Assembly: GCA_038087875.1 (NCBI GenBank)
Contig: CM075988.1
Coordinates: 17,920,001 to 17,984,000 of the forward strand
Reading direction: 5' to 3'
DNA length: 64,000 bases
Source of the DNA: Malacoraja senta
Taxonomy: Eukaryota
Part shown: in pieces, positions 1 through 12,383 of the stretch
How positions within the stretch are numbered: position 1 is the stretch's first letter
Layout: each line of letters opens with the position of its first letter
Notes under the pieces: model-generated
The model's database searches: none
What the model was told of the DNA's origin: nothing
What the model saw: only the letters and a program-made list of their open reading frames with translations
Made by a program: the position numbers and the translations under genes

Positions 1-1079
1 TCACCATTGCTTTGTTACGGTTAGTCCGGGATAAGTTGCTGGTGATATTTACTTCTGGCAAGTTGAAGCTTTCAACCATCTCTACATCAGCGCTGTCAAT
101 GTATACCAGGGTATGTGTACCGCTTTACTTCTTGGTCGATCACAATCTCTTTTGTCTTGCGCCATGGCATTCAGTGGTTCTCAGGCTCTGGAGCCATGGC
201 TGAAGGTCACACACAGACCTCCTGTAATTTAGACAAGGGGATTCCATGGCAGAGAACAAACAACATCAACAAGAGTGTGGATGGGAGCTGAGAGTGACCA
301 AGACTTGGTCGGAACTATTTAACAGGCATGAACTCAACCAGCTGGCCGTTGGCAACATTCCTGCAACTTCCATGCTCGGCTTAGTCCCAGATTTATTGAA
401 ATGACAATGTGGATTGGAGCTCCCGTCTCCAGCTTGCCTGCCGTTTTATCAACCACCACGCATGTAAATAAATGCCGTGCCTTGTTAGTTGGACTTGACC
501 TTGTACCGCAGCCATCTCTCTGACCACAGTGAACGAGAATATAGAGTGATACAGTGTGGACACAGGCCCTTCGGCCCACTTGCCCACACCGGCCAACATG
601 TCCCAGTTACACTAGTCCCCACCTGCCCGCGTTCGGTCCATATCCCTCCGAACCTGTCCTATCCATGTATCTGCCTAACTGTTTCTTAAATGTTGGGATA
701 GTCCCAGCCTCAACTACCTCCTCTGGCAGTTTGTTCCATACACCCTTTTGTGTGAATATGTTGGAAAAATGCAATTTAGTGCAAATTGAATTGGCTCAAA
801 GATAAAAGTCTGCTCAGAGGAGCTGCCTGAGGAGGTAGTTGGGGCAGGGACTATCCCAACATTTAAGAAACATAGACGCGTACACGGATAGGACAGTTTC
901 AGATGGAGATGGACCAAATGCTGGCTGGTGGGACTAGTGTAGCTGGGACACGTTAGCCGGTGTGGGCAAGTGGGCCAAACGCCCTGTTTCCACATTGTGT
1001 CACTCTATATTCTCGTTCACTGTGGTCAGAGAGATGGCTACAGTACAAGGCCAAGTCCAACAAACAAGGCACAGCATGC

Positions 1080-1450
1080 CTTTTGTAGATGTTTCCTTGA
1101 TCTTCCTTGGTGTGGTGCAGTAGAGAGGGCAGCTAGATGGTGGTGTGCTCCTCCTGCAGATGTGGGAAGTCAGGGAGACTTCCAGTTTGGGAAGTGGGTC
1201 CAACTACAGCTCCTTACAGACCGCGTTCGGGAACTGGAACAGCAGCTGGATGACCTCAGGATCACCCAGGAGACAGGGGAGGTCACTGATAGGAGTGACA
1301 GTGAGGAGGTCACGCCTTGGGCAGGGGCCGGAGGTAGATGAGTGACCACCTGAAAAGGCAGTAAGCAGAGTGCTGTGGCCATTCCTCTTGACAACAGGTA
1401 TGCCCCGGTGGATACTGCTGGTGGGGATGACTGGTCAGGGGAGAGCAGCA
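1080..1450 (+). mobile_element. CR1-like ORF1 fragment (second copy at about 2950-3280 on the - strand)
   Basis: QLQLLTDRVRELEQQLDDLRI..EEVTP coiled-coil, typical of CR1 ORF1 N-termini. Confidence 0.65.
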
Positions 1451-1759
1451 GTATTAACAGTGAACAGTCCAAACATCTGCAACGCACTGGCTCCACAAAC
1501 ACTAGTGTGGACTCTGTACACTGAAATACTTCACTCCAGCGCCGGAGTAAAACACAGGAACTTCTTATTCACGCTAAATCTTAGAACTGTATAGCAGAGA
1601 AACAGGCCACTCAATCCAATTATTCCATGCTGACCAGTGGGCACCTTTCTGTTTTGACCCTATTTCTCAGCGCTTGGTCCATTGTCCCCGCCCCCTCCCC
1701 GTTCCCTCTTTGAAAGTGCACATTATTATAAATTTCAACGTACCTTTCGCACTTCACAC

Positions 1760-1900
1760 CCTAATGTACAGAGAAACAGTACAGGTGAATATATACCTCT
1801 AATGTACAGATAAACGTACCCCTAATATACAGGGAAATGTGTCTCTAATGTATAGGGACGCAATACGGGTAAAGGTACTCCTAATGTGGAGGGAAACAGC
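1760..1900. repeat. Degenerate minisatellite (CCTAATGTACAG core) in ALG9 intron 3
   Basis: Five variants of (C/T)CTAATRT.. at 23-39-bp spacing. Confidence 0.65.
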
Positions 1901-1934
1901 GGTCAGTTCAGAAACACCTTTCAATAAAACACAC

Positions 1935-2069
1935 CTTGTTGGTTTGCAAGATTTTGGCATGGAACCAGGCAGGTAAAACGTGGAGCCACAGGTAAGCGTA
2001 AGAACGAATAGCGTACACCGGAGAATATTCCCAAGTCTGGAATCCCGTTCCATACAACAGAAAATGAAT
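1935..2069 (-). CDS. ALG9: ALG9 coding exon 3 (gene continues beyond the left edge)
   Basis: IHFLLYGTGFQTWEYSPVYAIRSYAYLWLHVLPAWFHAKILQTNK; 135 bp, phase 0/0, ttccag acceptor and GTGTGT donor. Confidence 0.96.
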
Positions 2070-2183
2070 CTGGAAACAAAGACATGAAACATAAATCACA
2101 TGTTCAACAATTTAATCTTCTTGCAACTGCATCTCACAGTCACCCTCACTCCTACACTGTGATTCTGTTGTTCCCTTACCATG

Positions 2184-2530
2184 GTAGACAAAAGTGCTGG
2201 AGAAACTCAGCGGGTGCAGCAGCATCTATGGAGCGAAGGAAATAGGCAACGTTTCGGGTCGAAACCCTTCTTCAGACTGATGTAGGGTGGTGGGGAGAAG
2301 AAAGGAAAAAGGAAGAGGAGGAGCCTGAGGGCTGAGGGAGAGCTGAGAAGGGGAGGAGACAGCAAGGGCTACTGGAAATTGGTGAATTCAATGTTTATGC
2401 CACTAGGGTGCAGACTGCCCAAGCGGAATATGAGGTGCTGCTCCTCCAATTTCCGGTGGTGCTCACTCTGGCCATGGAGGAGGCCCAGGACAGAGAGGTC
2501 GGATTCAGAATGGGAGGGGGAGTTGAAGTG
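2184..2530 (-). mobile_element. Penelope-like element 3' end (GIY-YIG C-terminus plus pseudo-LTR with hammerhead motif)
   Basis: Encodes RKLEEQHLIFRLGSLHPSGINIEFTNF, followed by CTGAAGAAGGGTTTCGACCCGAAACGTT at 2275-2248. Confidence 0.75.
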
Positions 2531-4084
2531 CTGAGTTCCCTTATCATGTATCTGTACACTGTAAATGGATCGATTGTAATCATGTATTGTCTTCCTGCTG
2601 ACTGGTTAGCATGCAACACCACCTTTTCACTGTACCTCGGTACATGTGACAATAAACTAAATTAAACTGACAGGGCAAAACAACACAACCAGGTCCAATA
2701 CCACAGATGAAATGTGTAGGAAGGAACTGTAGATGCTGTTTAAAACCGAAGATAGACACAAATATCTGGAGTAACTCAGCGGGTCAGACAGCATCTGTGG
2801 AGAAAAGGAATAGGCGATGTTTTGGGTCAAGACCCTTCTTCAGATTGAGAAGGATTCAGATTTAGTCACCTATTCCTTTTCTCCAGAGATGCTGTCTGAC
2901 CCGTTGAGTTACTCCAGCTTTTCATGTCTATCTCCATTAACACAGACCTGGCTGCTGCTGCTGTTGCTCTCCCCTTGACAAAAGGTATGCCTCCACAGGG
3001 ATATGGACCACGGCACTCTGCTAACTGCCATTTTGGGTGGGCACCCATCTACTTCTGAGCCCTACCCTAAGCATAACCTCCTCACTATAAATCCTATCGG
3101 TGACCTCCTCAGTCTCCTGGATGATACTGAGGTTATCTAGCTGCTGCTCCAGTTCGTTAATGTGGTCTGTAAGGATGCGCCTCCCACACTGGAAGACTCT
3201 CTGACTTCCCACATACTGGCAGGAGGAGCACACCACCACCTAGCTGCCCTCTCTACTGCACTAGACCAAGGGACATCTATAAAAGACACCTGCGGTGCAG
3301 ACCTGAGTCGCCGCTGCGAGCAGAAGGTAAACACGTCGATGAACTTATTGTAACTTTGTCGGCACCAAAACACGTGGGGATTCTTGTGTAACTGCCTAGG
3401 TGACGTCTGTGGTATAATTTTACTGGGTCTTATGCAAACAAAGCATTCACTGCACCGATGTACTTGTGACAATAACGTACCATTGAATCATTGAATAGAA
3501 AGGGGTCAAGGAAAGAGCGTTCACGTCGCGGCCCTGTTTCCACCAATCTTTCCACCACCACGCACAAGAAACACAAGAAGCGACAAGACAGACACCATTG
3601 TGCAGATGTCGAGTAATGTGTTCAGCTCTGGCTGAACAACTTCTAATCTTGTATGTGGACTCGATGAGAAGAAGATTGAATAGAAAGTAAGATCCTCTCC
3701 GAAGTTTCTAATTTAGTTTAGTGATACAGCTTGGAAACAGGCCCTTCGACCCACTGAGTCCCCGCCTACCAGCGATCCCCTACACTACCACTGCACTACA
3801 CACTAGGGACTATTTACAATTCTTACCAAAGCCAATTAACCTACAAACCTGTGCGTCTATGGAAAGTCAGAGGCAAGCAGAGTACTTGGAGAATACCCAA
3901 GCAGGTCACAGGGGAGACCGGACAAACTCTGTACAGACAGCACCCGTAGTCAGGTTCAAACCTGGGTCTCTGGCCCTGAGGCAGCAACTCTACCGCTGCG
4001 CCACCGTGTCACCCTTTACGTATCAGCGCAAGTTAAAATTCCTGTCATCCCAAACAAACAAACAACTGGCGGTTTCTGACTTAC

Positions 4085-4210
4085 GGGCTCCCAGTAGTTG
4101 AAGGTTTCATCGCAGTCGGAGAGGTTGCTGAGTAGTGCGGCACAGAACCGTGCAGAGATGAGGCACTTGAAGGCCGTGGATCCCTCGGCGCCCACACCTT
4201 CACTGACTGC
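4085..4210 (-). CDS. ALG9: ALG9 coding exon 2
   Basis: Encodes (VWAP)EGSTAFKCLISARFCAALLSNLSDCDETFNYWEP, including the hallmark DCDETFNYWEP motif; acceptor ctgcag, donor GTAAGT. Confidence 0.95.
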
Positions 4211-5819
4211 CTGCAGAGGGGCAAACGTTGGAGGTAAGGGGAGGGAGGGTAAGCTGGTTTGGGCACCGGCAGTCAGGGAGAAGGGATGGCAAGATATGGT
4301 ACGGGTCGCAGAGCCAGCAAACAAGTAGCAAATTAAATACTTGGAAGTTAAACATAGCGCTTATTCCATTAACAGGAAACAAGGTACAAAACACAACAAT
4401 GCACTGTGTGAAATGTGGCTATGTGGTGGAGGAAGCCAATCCCCATAACTAGATTAGTTTCAAGATACAGCATGGAAATAGGCCCTTCGGCCCACCCAGT
4501 CCAGCAATCGCCCCGTACACTAGTTCTATCCTACACACTAGGGACAATTTTACAGAAGCCAATTAACCTACAAACCTTCACGTCTTTGGAATGTGGGAGG
4601 AAACCGGAGCACCCGGAGAAAACTCACGCATCCACAGATCGAGTGTGCAAACTCCGTACAGACAGCAGCCGTAGTTAGAATCGAACCCGGGTCTCTAGCG
4701 CTGTAAGGCAGTAACTCTACTGCTGTGCCACTGTGCCACAAGCTAATAACTGATGTGTTTTTAATATGGATTTACCCGAGAAACAGGATGGGTAAGCTGC
4801 TCAGAAAATTCCCTGACCACCTTCAACCCATTCCACTGGTTCTCTGAACATTCATTCCAACAATGTTCTTACTTGGAATATTATGCTCAGTTTGGGCACC
4901 CTACCACAGGAAGGATGTTGTTAAGCTGGAAAGAGCACAAAGATGATTTACGAGGATGTTGCCAGAATGTAACCCCCTGAGTTTAGTTTAATTTTAGTTT
5001 TAGTTTAGAGATACAGCGCAGAAACAGGCCCTTCGGCCCATCGAGTCCGCGCCGACCAACGATCCCCGCACATTAACAACCCATACACACGTGACAATTT
5101 TATATTTTACCCCAAGCCAATTAACCTACAAACCTGTACATCTTGGAGCTACAGGGAGAGGTTGAGCAGGCTCCTCGGACCTTCCTCCTTGGAGCACAGG
5201 TGGCTGAGGGGTGATCTTAGTGAAGCGTATAAAATCAAAAGATGTCCTTTGACACATTTCATTAGAATTAAACACTTTTTAAACTTCCCTTTTAATTGCA
5301 GGCTTCAAGGATAAGCGACTGACAGTAAACAGGGAAACATTGTCGCAAAGGTGAAGGGGGCAGAGATACATGGTAACAAGGGGTGGACAATGTAACCACA
5401 GGCCCTTCGGCCCACACCGTGTGTGCTGAACATGATGCAAGGCAGCAGCAGAGAGAGGACTGTGGTCGCAGAGTAAAGGGTGGAGAGGCAGCGAGGAGTG
5501 AAGGCTCAAAGTAAAAAGGAGTGCAGAGCGTAGAATAGCACAGGGACGGCCCTTCGGCCCACAATGTCTGGACTGAACATGATGCCAAGGCCAACCCTTA
5601 TCTGCCTGCACATAATTCATACCCCTGCACATCCCATGTGTCTATCTAAAAAGCATTTTAAACGCCACTATGGTCTGTGCCTCCACCATCAGCACTGACA
5701 GCTGGTTGCAGGCACCCACCACCCACTGTGTGAAGACAAGGGCGGACAATGTAATGAGGAGGAAGGAACTCTGCAGCAGCGCTGAATGAATGAATGAATG
5801 GGTGGGTGGATGGATGGAG

Positions 5820-6290
5820 ACGGTGTGTGTGTGTAGCCCGGACACAGGCTACCGCCGGCCGGGGAAGCAGCAGCCGCTGGGCCCAGGTCCAGGTCCAGGT
5901 CCAGGTCCGGCTTCATCCCGGGCCGGGAGCTCGCATTGCCGGCACCGGCACCGGGGCCGAGTCCTCACCCGTTCCTGCTCTCCTGACTCTTGTCCTCCGC
6001 CCCGCTCTCCTCCCTCGGAGCCCGGCTGCTGTCTGCGGCCGCCCGGGGCCCCGTCCGCCGGCGGCCTCCTGCCTCCTGCCCGCTGCCTGCTCCGCACCGC
6101 CATGGCCCGGCCTCTGGCGTCGCTGGGCGGCGAGGCCGCTCACTGCAGCCGTGTCCTCGGCTCCCGTCCCGTCCCCTGCCCGTCCCCTGCCCGTCCCCTC
6201 CCGGCCCCAGCCCTCGGCTACTCGGCAGAAAACAGTCCAAAGACCAGAGCAACCCCGCTGCTGGAAACGTGCGGCTGGAAGATCAAATAA
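5820..6290. promoter_or_regulatory. CpG island / ALG9 promoter and first exon
   Basis: Very GC- and CpG-rich stretch around the ALG9 start codon, with GC-rich CCCGTCCCC repeats upstream of the ATG. Confidence 0.8.
5969..6103 (-). CDS. ALG9: ALG9 alpha-1,2-mannosyltransferase, coding exon 1
   Basis: ATG (gccATGG) at 6103 in a CpG island, MAVRSRQRAGG... (cf. human MASRGARQR); donor CGG|GTGAGG at 5968. The reading frame inside the exon is uncertain (see findings). Confidence 0.8.
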
Positions 6291-6881
6291 CCAGCAGCAT
6301 CTATGGAGAGAGAGAACCCGCTCAGCTCCAACTTCCACTGGAAATAATTATATTTTTCATCCAAATTGCCTAGGTTTATTATTGTCACGTGTACTGAGGT
6401 AACAGTGAAAACCTTTGGCTTTCCTGCTATCCAAAATGATCAGATAATACAGTACATAAATACAATCAAACTCCAGTGTAATAGGTAAAGGAGAAAATTG
6501 AGAGTGCTGAATATTTAATACCTCAATGACTTTTTATTGACTGTTGAGAAATGTTGTAGTGTAAATGCTTTATCTTTGCAGTTTGCCTATTTTTAATGGG
6601 TTTTCTCTTCTGAGATTTGACTGTGATCCAGCAGGTTTGTTCCCCACAATTAACTAAAGCTAACAATCTGTAGTTGTATCATTGTATCATTGTTACTTTT
6701 ATTTTTGCACATCTTTCATTCATTTGTTCTATATCTCTACATCACCGTCTATATCTCTCATTTCCCTCTCCCGTGACTTTCAGTCTGAAGAAGGGTCTCG
6801 ACCCAAAACGTCATCCATTCCTTCTCTCCAGAGATGCTGCCTGTCCTGCTGAGTTACTCCAACATTTTGTGTCAATCTTTG

Positions 6882-7198
6882 AAAGCCCTGTCCCACTGTA
6901 CGAGTTCATTCCAAGAGCTCTCCCGAGTTTAAAAAAAAATCAAATTCGTGGAAGCACGTAGAATGTACGTAGCGGGTACGTCGGAGCTCGGGGACGTCTC
7001 TTAGCGGCTCGTAACGCTACGGCAGGTACTCGGGAAACGCGGTAAGCTCGGGAAGACTCGTGAAGATTTTTCAACGTTGGAAAATGTCCACGAGAGCCCC
7101 GAGTACCCACGAGCGGCCATTACCGTAAATCTCAGAGTTCGACTCAGGGCAAACTCGGGAGAACTCTTGAATGAACTCGTACAGTGGGACACGGCTTT
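6882..7198. mobile_element. MITE with ~50-bp terminal inverted repeats (PIF/Harbinger-like by terminal sequence)
   Basis: Left end AAAGCCCTGTCCCACTGTACGAGTTCATTCCAAGAGCTCTCCCGAGTTT; the right end is its near-perfect reverse complement. Confidence 0.85.
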
Positions 7199-8095
7199 TA
7201 GGTTTGTTCCCTCGGCCGTTTGTTCACATTCTTTGTCATCGCTGACAGACACACAAAGTGCTGGAGTAACATAGCGGGTCAGGCAGCATCTCTGGAGGAC
7301 ACGGATAGGTGACGTTTCGGATTGGGAACCTAAGGGACAGACCTAGATCTCAGATCTACAAGGTTTACTTGGAACCCTGTGAGATAATATTTTTCCTGAT
7401 TGTTTTGCCGTAAAATTAAAAAACAGTGCAAATTCTACAAGATAGCATGAGGCAGTTAATACGCAGCCACTGACAGTGTTGAACTTCTCTGCCCTGTGGG
7501 ACTAGGGCCAGGAAACAGACCCCTGTAGTCAAGCACAAAGAACCATAAGCAGTTTCAGGTGAAATTAAACTGACCAAAGGGAGATGCTTGGACGTAGAAC
7601 TTGCAGATCTTATTGAGACGTTTAAGAAACATTTAGACTGGTACATGGATAGGATAGGTTTAGCGGGATTTAGTTTATTTTAGATTAGAGATACAGTGTG
7701 TAAACAGGCCCTTTGGCCCACCGTATCCACACAGACAAACGAATCCCGGCACATTAACGCTATTCTACACACACGCACGCGCACACACAGGAGAGACAAT
7801 TTTCAATTTTACCATCAATTAGCCTGTTGGGGTTTGAAGTGTGGGAGGAAACTGGAGATCCCGGGGAAAATCCACACAGGTCATGGGGAAAACATATAAA
7901 CAGCACGCATAGTCAGGATCGAACCCAGGTTTCTGTCGCTGTAAAGCAGAAACTGAACCGCTGCACCACCATGTGGTCACTAACCGTGTAGCCCTTCTCT
8001 GCCCTGTGGGACTAGGGTCAGCAAACAGGCCCCTTGTAGTCAAGCACAATGAACCGTACGCAGTTAAAGCTGAAATTAAACTGACCAAGGGGAAA

Positions 8096-8630
8096 CATAG
8101 AAAATAGGTGCAGGAGTAGGCCATTCGGCATTTCGAGCCTGCACCGCCACTCAATATGATCATGGCTGATCATCCAACTCAGTATCCTGTATCTGCCTTC
8201 TCTCCATACCCCCTGATCCCTTTAGCCACAAGGGCCACATCTAACTCCCTCTTAAATATAGCCAATGAACTGGCCTCAACTACCTTCTGTGGCAGAGAAT
8301 TCACCACTCTCTGTGTGAAAAATGTTTTTCTCATCTTGGTCCTAAAAGATTTCCCCCTTATCCTTAAACTGTTTTGTTCCTGTTTGCCAGCCAGTTCTCT
8401 ATCCACATCAACACTGAACCCCCAATAACGTGTGCTTTAAGTTTGTATACTAATCTCTTATGTGGGACCTTGTCGAAAGCCTTCTGAAAGTCCAGATATA
8501 ACACATCCACTGGTTCTCCCTTATCCACTCTACTAGTTACATCCTCGAAAAATTCTATAAGATTCGTCAGACATGATCTACCTTTCGTAAATCCATGCTG
8601 ACTTTGCCCAATGATTTCACCACTTTCCAA
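8096..8630 (-). mobile_element. CR1-like (HER1-type) LINE fragment, internally deleted
   Basis: QHGFTKGRSCLTNLIEFF..YLDFQKAFDKVPH joined to the 3' end FFTQRVVN.. and a TTTCTATG tail. Confidence 0.85.
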
Positions 8631-11168
8631 ATGCTTGGTGGTACAACATGCAGGTATTATTGCAACGTTTAAGATTTAATATTTAGACAGGTACATGGAT
8701 GGGGCAGGTTCATAAGATCATGTGATTGGAGTCGAATTAGGCCATTAAATCTATTCCGCCATCCCATCATGGCTGATCTATCTCTCCCTCCTAACCCTAT
8801 TCTCCTGCCTTCTCCCCATAACCTCTGACACCCGTACAAATCAAGAATCTATCTATCTCTGCCTTAAATATATGCGCCGACTTTGCCTCCACAGCCTTCT
8901 GTGGCAAAGAATTCCACAGATTCACCACCCTCTGACTAAAGAAATACCTCCTCATCTCCTTCTTAAGATGGATATGGGCCAAACACAGATAGGTAGGACT
9001 AGTGTAGATGGGACATGTTGTCGACGTGGGCAAATTGGGCCAATGGGCCGGTTTCCACGCTGTATGAATTGTTAATTGTTAAAAGCTAAAGCAATGGTGA
9101 AATATTCTTACTCCCAATTCTTCCTCTGAGGATGTTGGTAGTGATGGTGAAGATGGTCATGGAATGGAAATAACAACTCGCAACACATCACAGACACGGC
9201 CACTTATTTGTGAAATTCTTCCTTCAGCTTTAACAATTTATTTGTATATTTACTCTGTATATAGCAAGAATGTTCTGAGGCACTTCAGAGGAGTTATTAA
9301 AAGATATTGGGCTGATCACAACAGGAATATATTACAATAGGTGACCAAACCATGATAGAAGAAAGTTTTGAAGATTATCTTAAAGAGACAGAGATTTAGA
9401 GAATTAATTGAAAGTCAAGTCAAGTCAAATTTATTTATATAGCACATTTAAAAAACAACTCTCGTTGGCCAAAGTGCTTTACATTTGTTATAAGAATAGT
9501 ATAAACAAACAAACTACATACATATATACATGTAGCCCTTGCTCAGAGGACGTCCAGGCTTGGGAGTATAGGGTTGGGTTTGTGGAAGCTGATGTCACAG
9601 CCTACACAGGCCCTGTAGTGGCACAGTGGGGCAGTGGTAGAGCTACTCTCACGGCGCCAGAGACCCGGGTTGATCCTGACCTCGCGTGCTGTCTGTATGG
9701 AGTTTGCATGTTCTCCGTGTGACCGCGTGGATTTCCTCTGGGTGCCCCAGTTTCCTCCCACATCCCAAAGACGTGCAGGATTGTAGGTTAATTGGCTTCT
9801 GTAAATTGTCTGTTTCCCCTAGTGTGCAGGGAGTGGATAAGAAAGCAGAATAACATAGAACTAGAATGAATGGGTGACCATTGATCGGTGGGCTGAAGGG
9901 CCTGTTTCCATGCTGTATCTCTAAACTAAACTAAACAAATATGAAATTGATCAAGAGGCTAACAGTGTTTGGCGGTAGCAAAGGTTGACTAGGTGGGAAA
10001 GATGTTACTGTGAAGATAAAAACAAGTTTACAGATATTGGAATCTAGAACAAAGAACAAGCCAGCATCTGGAGAGGCAAAAGGTGGATGTCACCACTTCC
10101 AAGATTCAAGGGACCAGGTTTCAAGAGGGGCGGGTGAACCAGTGACTCACCTGGAGGGGTGGTATGGGTCCCTGGATACTGGCGAGGGGGAGTGAAAGGC
10201 ATGGGTTTACACCTCCTGCAGTTAGTTGCACAGGAAAGTGCTGGGGAAGGGATGAAGGGTGGGGGAGGAGCGATGAGCAAACCAGGGAGTCACAGAGGGA
10301 GTGTGGTCTTTGCAGAATGAGGAGGTGTGGCTAGTCAGGAAGTGAGCTGGGGGTGGTGGAAATGTCAGAGGAGGATGGTGTTGGATGTGGATGTTGGGGT
10401 GGGGGAGGGAATGAAAGGCGAAGACAAAGGGAATTATGCCGTTCTGTCTGGGGTGATGAGAGCAGACATACGGGAAATGGAGGAATTGCATGAGAAAGCT
10501 CCACCAATCTATTGCCACAGACGGCTGTGGAGGTCAGTCAATTGATATTTTTAAGGTGGAGAGTGACAGATTCTTGTTTAGTAAGGGTATCAGGGGTTAT
10601 GGGGATAAGGCAGGAGAATGGGGTTGAGAGGGAGAGATCGCTCAGCCATGATTGAATGGCAGAGTAGACTAGATGGGCAGAATGGACTAATTCTGCCCCT
10701 AGAACTTATGAACATCAACTATGGCAGAGGGGAAGCCACATTTCTGAAAGAAAGCAGACCCAAAAGGCCAAGAGTAGACAACCTCAACTTGAGAACAAAT
10801 GTGGCAGAGGCAGGGAAATAAATAGGGAGGCAGGGTGGGAGGAGGTGGCGGTGGGATTCGGACAGTTTATAGAAGATGTCAGTGGGAAGTCTGTGTCCTG
10901 GGATGGAGACCGAGATCCAGGAGCCGGAAAGAAGGCAGCAGGAGTAAACTGGGGAACCACACAGATTCCAAGGGAAAGGATTCATTTGCATTTGGCAAGG
11001 CAAGAGCTGACTAGGAATAGTAAGCATGGCTTTGTGCGTGTCTTATGCATTTGATGGAGTTTTTTGAAGAGGATCGAAGCCGTGTCTCTGGTGCTGTGAG
11101 GCAGCAACTCCACCGCTGCGCCACTGTGCCGCACTAAAGTGGAAAACGTAAATGGAGGTGGAAGGGCG

Positions 11169-12383
11169 TTATCGGAGAGTTATTTGGAACGCTTTCTGCA
11201 GTTCCTCGCGGAGATCCAGCTGCATTCGCAGCGCTTGTCGGTACGAGAGGGCTCGGTCACACGACTGGTAGGTTAACCTGTACAGCGGCTTCTCCGCTCG
11301 GTGTGAGGTTGACAGAAACTGTCGATCAATGTCATCCGCCTGACCGTCTCTCTGCTGACCCGCCTCACGGCAGCGTGGACCTCCAGCTCGTCTGGCCTCT
11401 CGTCGCTGTCCGCCCAGAAACTGAGATCGTGCGTGTAAGCGGGCGGGTAGAGCGAGAAATCACGGAAAGGTTTCATTTCTGACCCGCTCAGCTGGTTTAG
11501 AAAGCGCTCATCGAATGTCCAAAGCAGCCTCCAGTCAGGTATCTGGTAGAGTACCATGGACAGCAGGTCAAGGTTGATTGAAGCAACACAGACGCTCAAC
11601 TCACCACCCATCTGCTGACAAGGAAAGAGATCCAACTTTCCAAGAGCATTGTTTATAACGTCTGACGGAACCATGTCCTTAATATAAATATTCCAGCATT
11701 TTCCACTGGTCTTCTCCATCAGGACAGTTGGATGCAAGTTCTGATCCACCTGGGAGATTTCTGAACCGCTGGTTCTCAAGGTTGACTTCACCAGGAATGT
11801 GATGGCCTTCTCCACAGAGCTCATAAATAGGTGGGGGAAATCTGGTTGTCGTTTATCGTTAAAAGCACCAACCAGCACCATCTCATGGAATGCAGGCATG
11901 GTTTGTGGAGTAATCGGGCGTTTCCTGAAAACAGTGCCGCTGAGTGTATAGATAACTCCAGCTCTGAAGTCTGGTCTTTGCAGCACTTTGTCCAGGTATC
12001 CTGTCAGAGTGGGACGGAAACAATACCTGCAGCAAACCTTGCTCAAGTCGGGATCCTCAGCCTGGTTTAGCATTTTGCAGTCCACGTTTTTGTCTCCTTG
12101 GCTCAGATTCGACATGGGCACTGAACATTCATAGCAAGAGGGTCTGGTAAAACATCGACCATCTCTGCATCTGCACTGATCCGCCCCACAGTTTGAGCGG
12201 GTAACAAAATAAAGCTCAGGCCCACGAACCTCAGAGTCCATGCGGGGGTCTCCAGGACGATATTCTAATAGCAGAGGAAACTGGTTCTCCAGTTCTTGAA
12301 CAGCTACTGTGGCTGCAATCTGCTTTTTCAACAGTTCCTTAATGACGTTCACTGGGTGATTTGAACCTTCCTGAAGAAAATTC
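11169..12383 (-). CDS. FDXACB1: FDXACB1 last coding exon (PheRS-like region plus FDX-ACB anticodon-binding domain), with an apparent 1-nt frameshift near 11282
   Basis: NFLQEGSNHPVNVIK...IPDWRLLWTFDERFL...FSLYPPAYTHDLSFW...; the conserved end YRLTYQSCDRALSYRQALRMQLDLREELQKAFQITLR* lies in a shifted frame and stops at 11169. Restored protein about 638 aa. Confidence 0.92.

Noticed and set aside
5790..6402. Plus-strand ORFs of 127-202 aa antisense to ALG9 exon 1
   Set aside because: Stop-poor GC-rich island; no recognisable domain.
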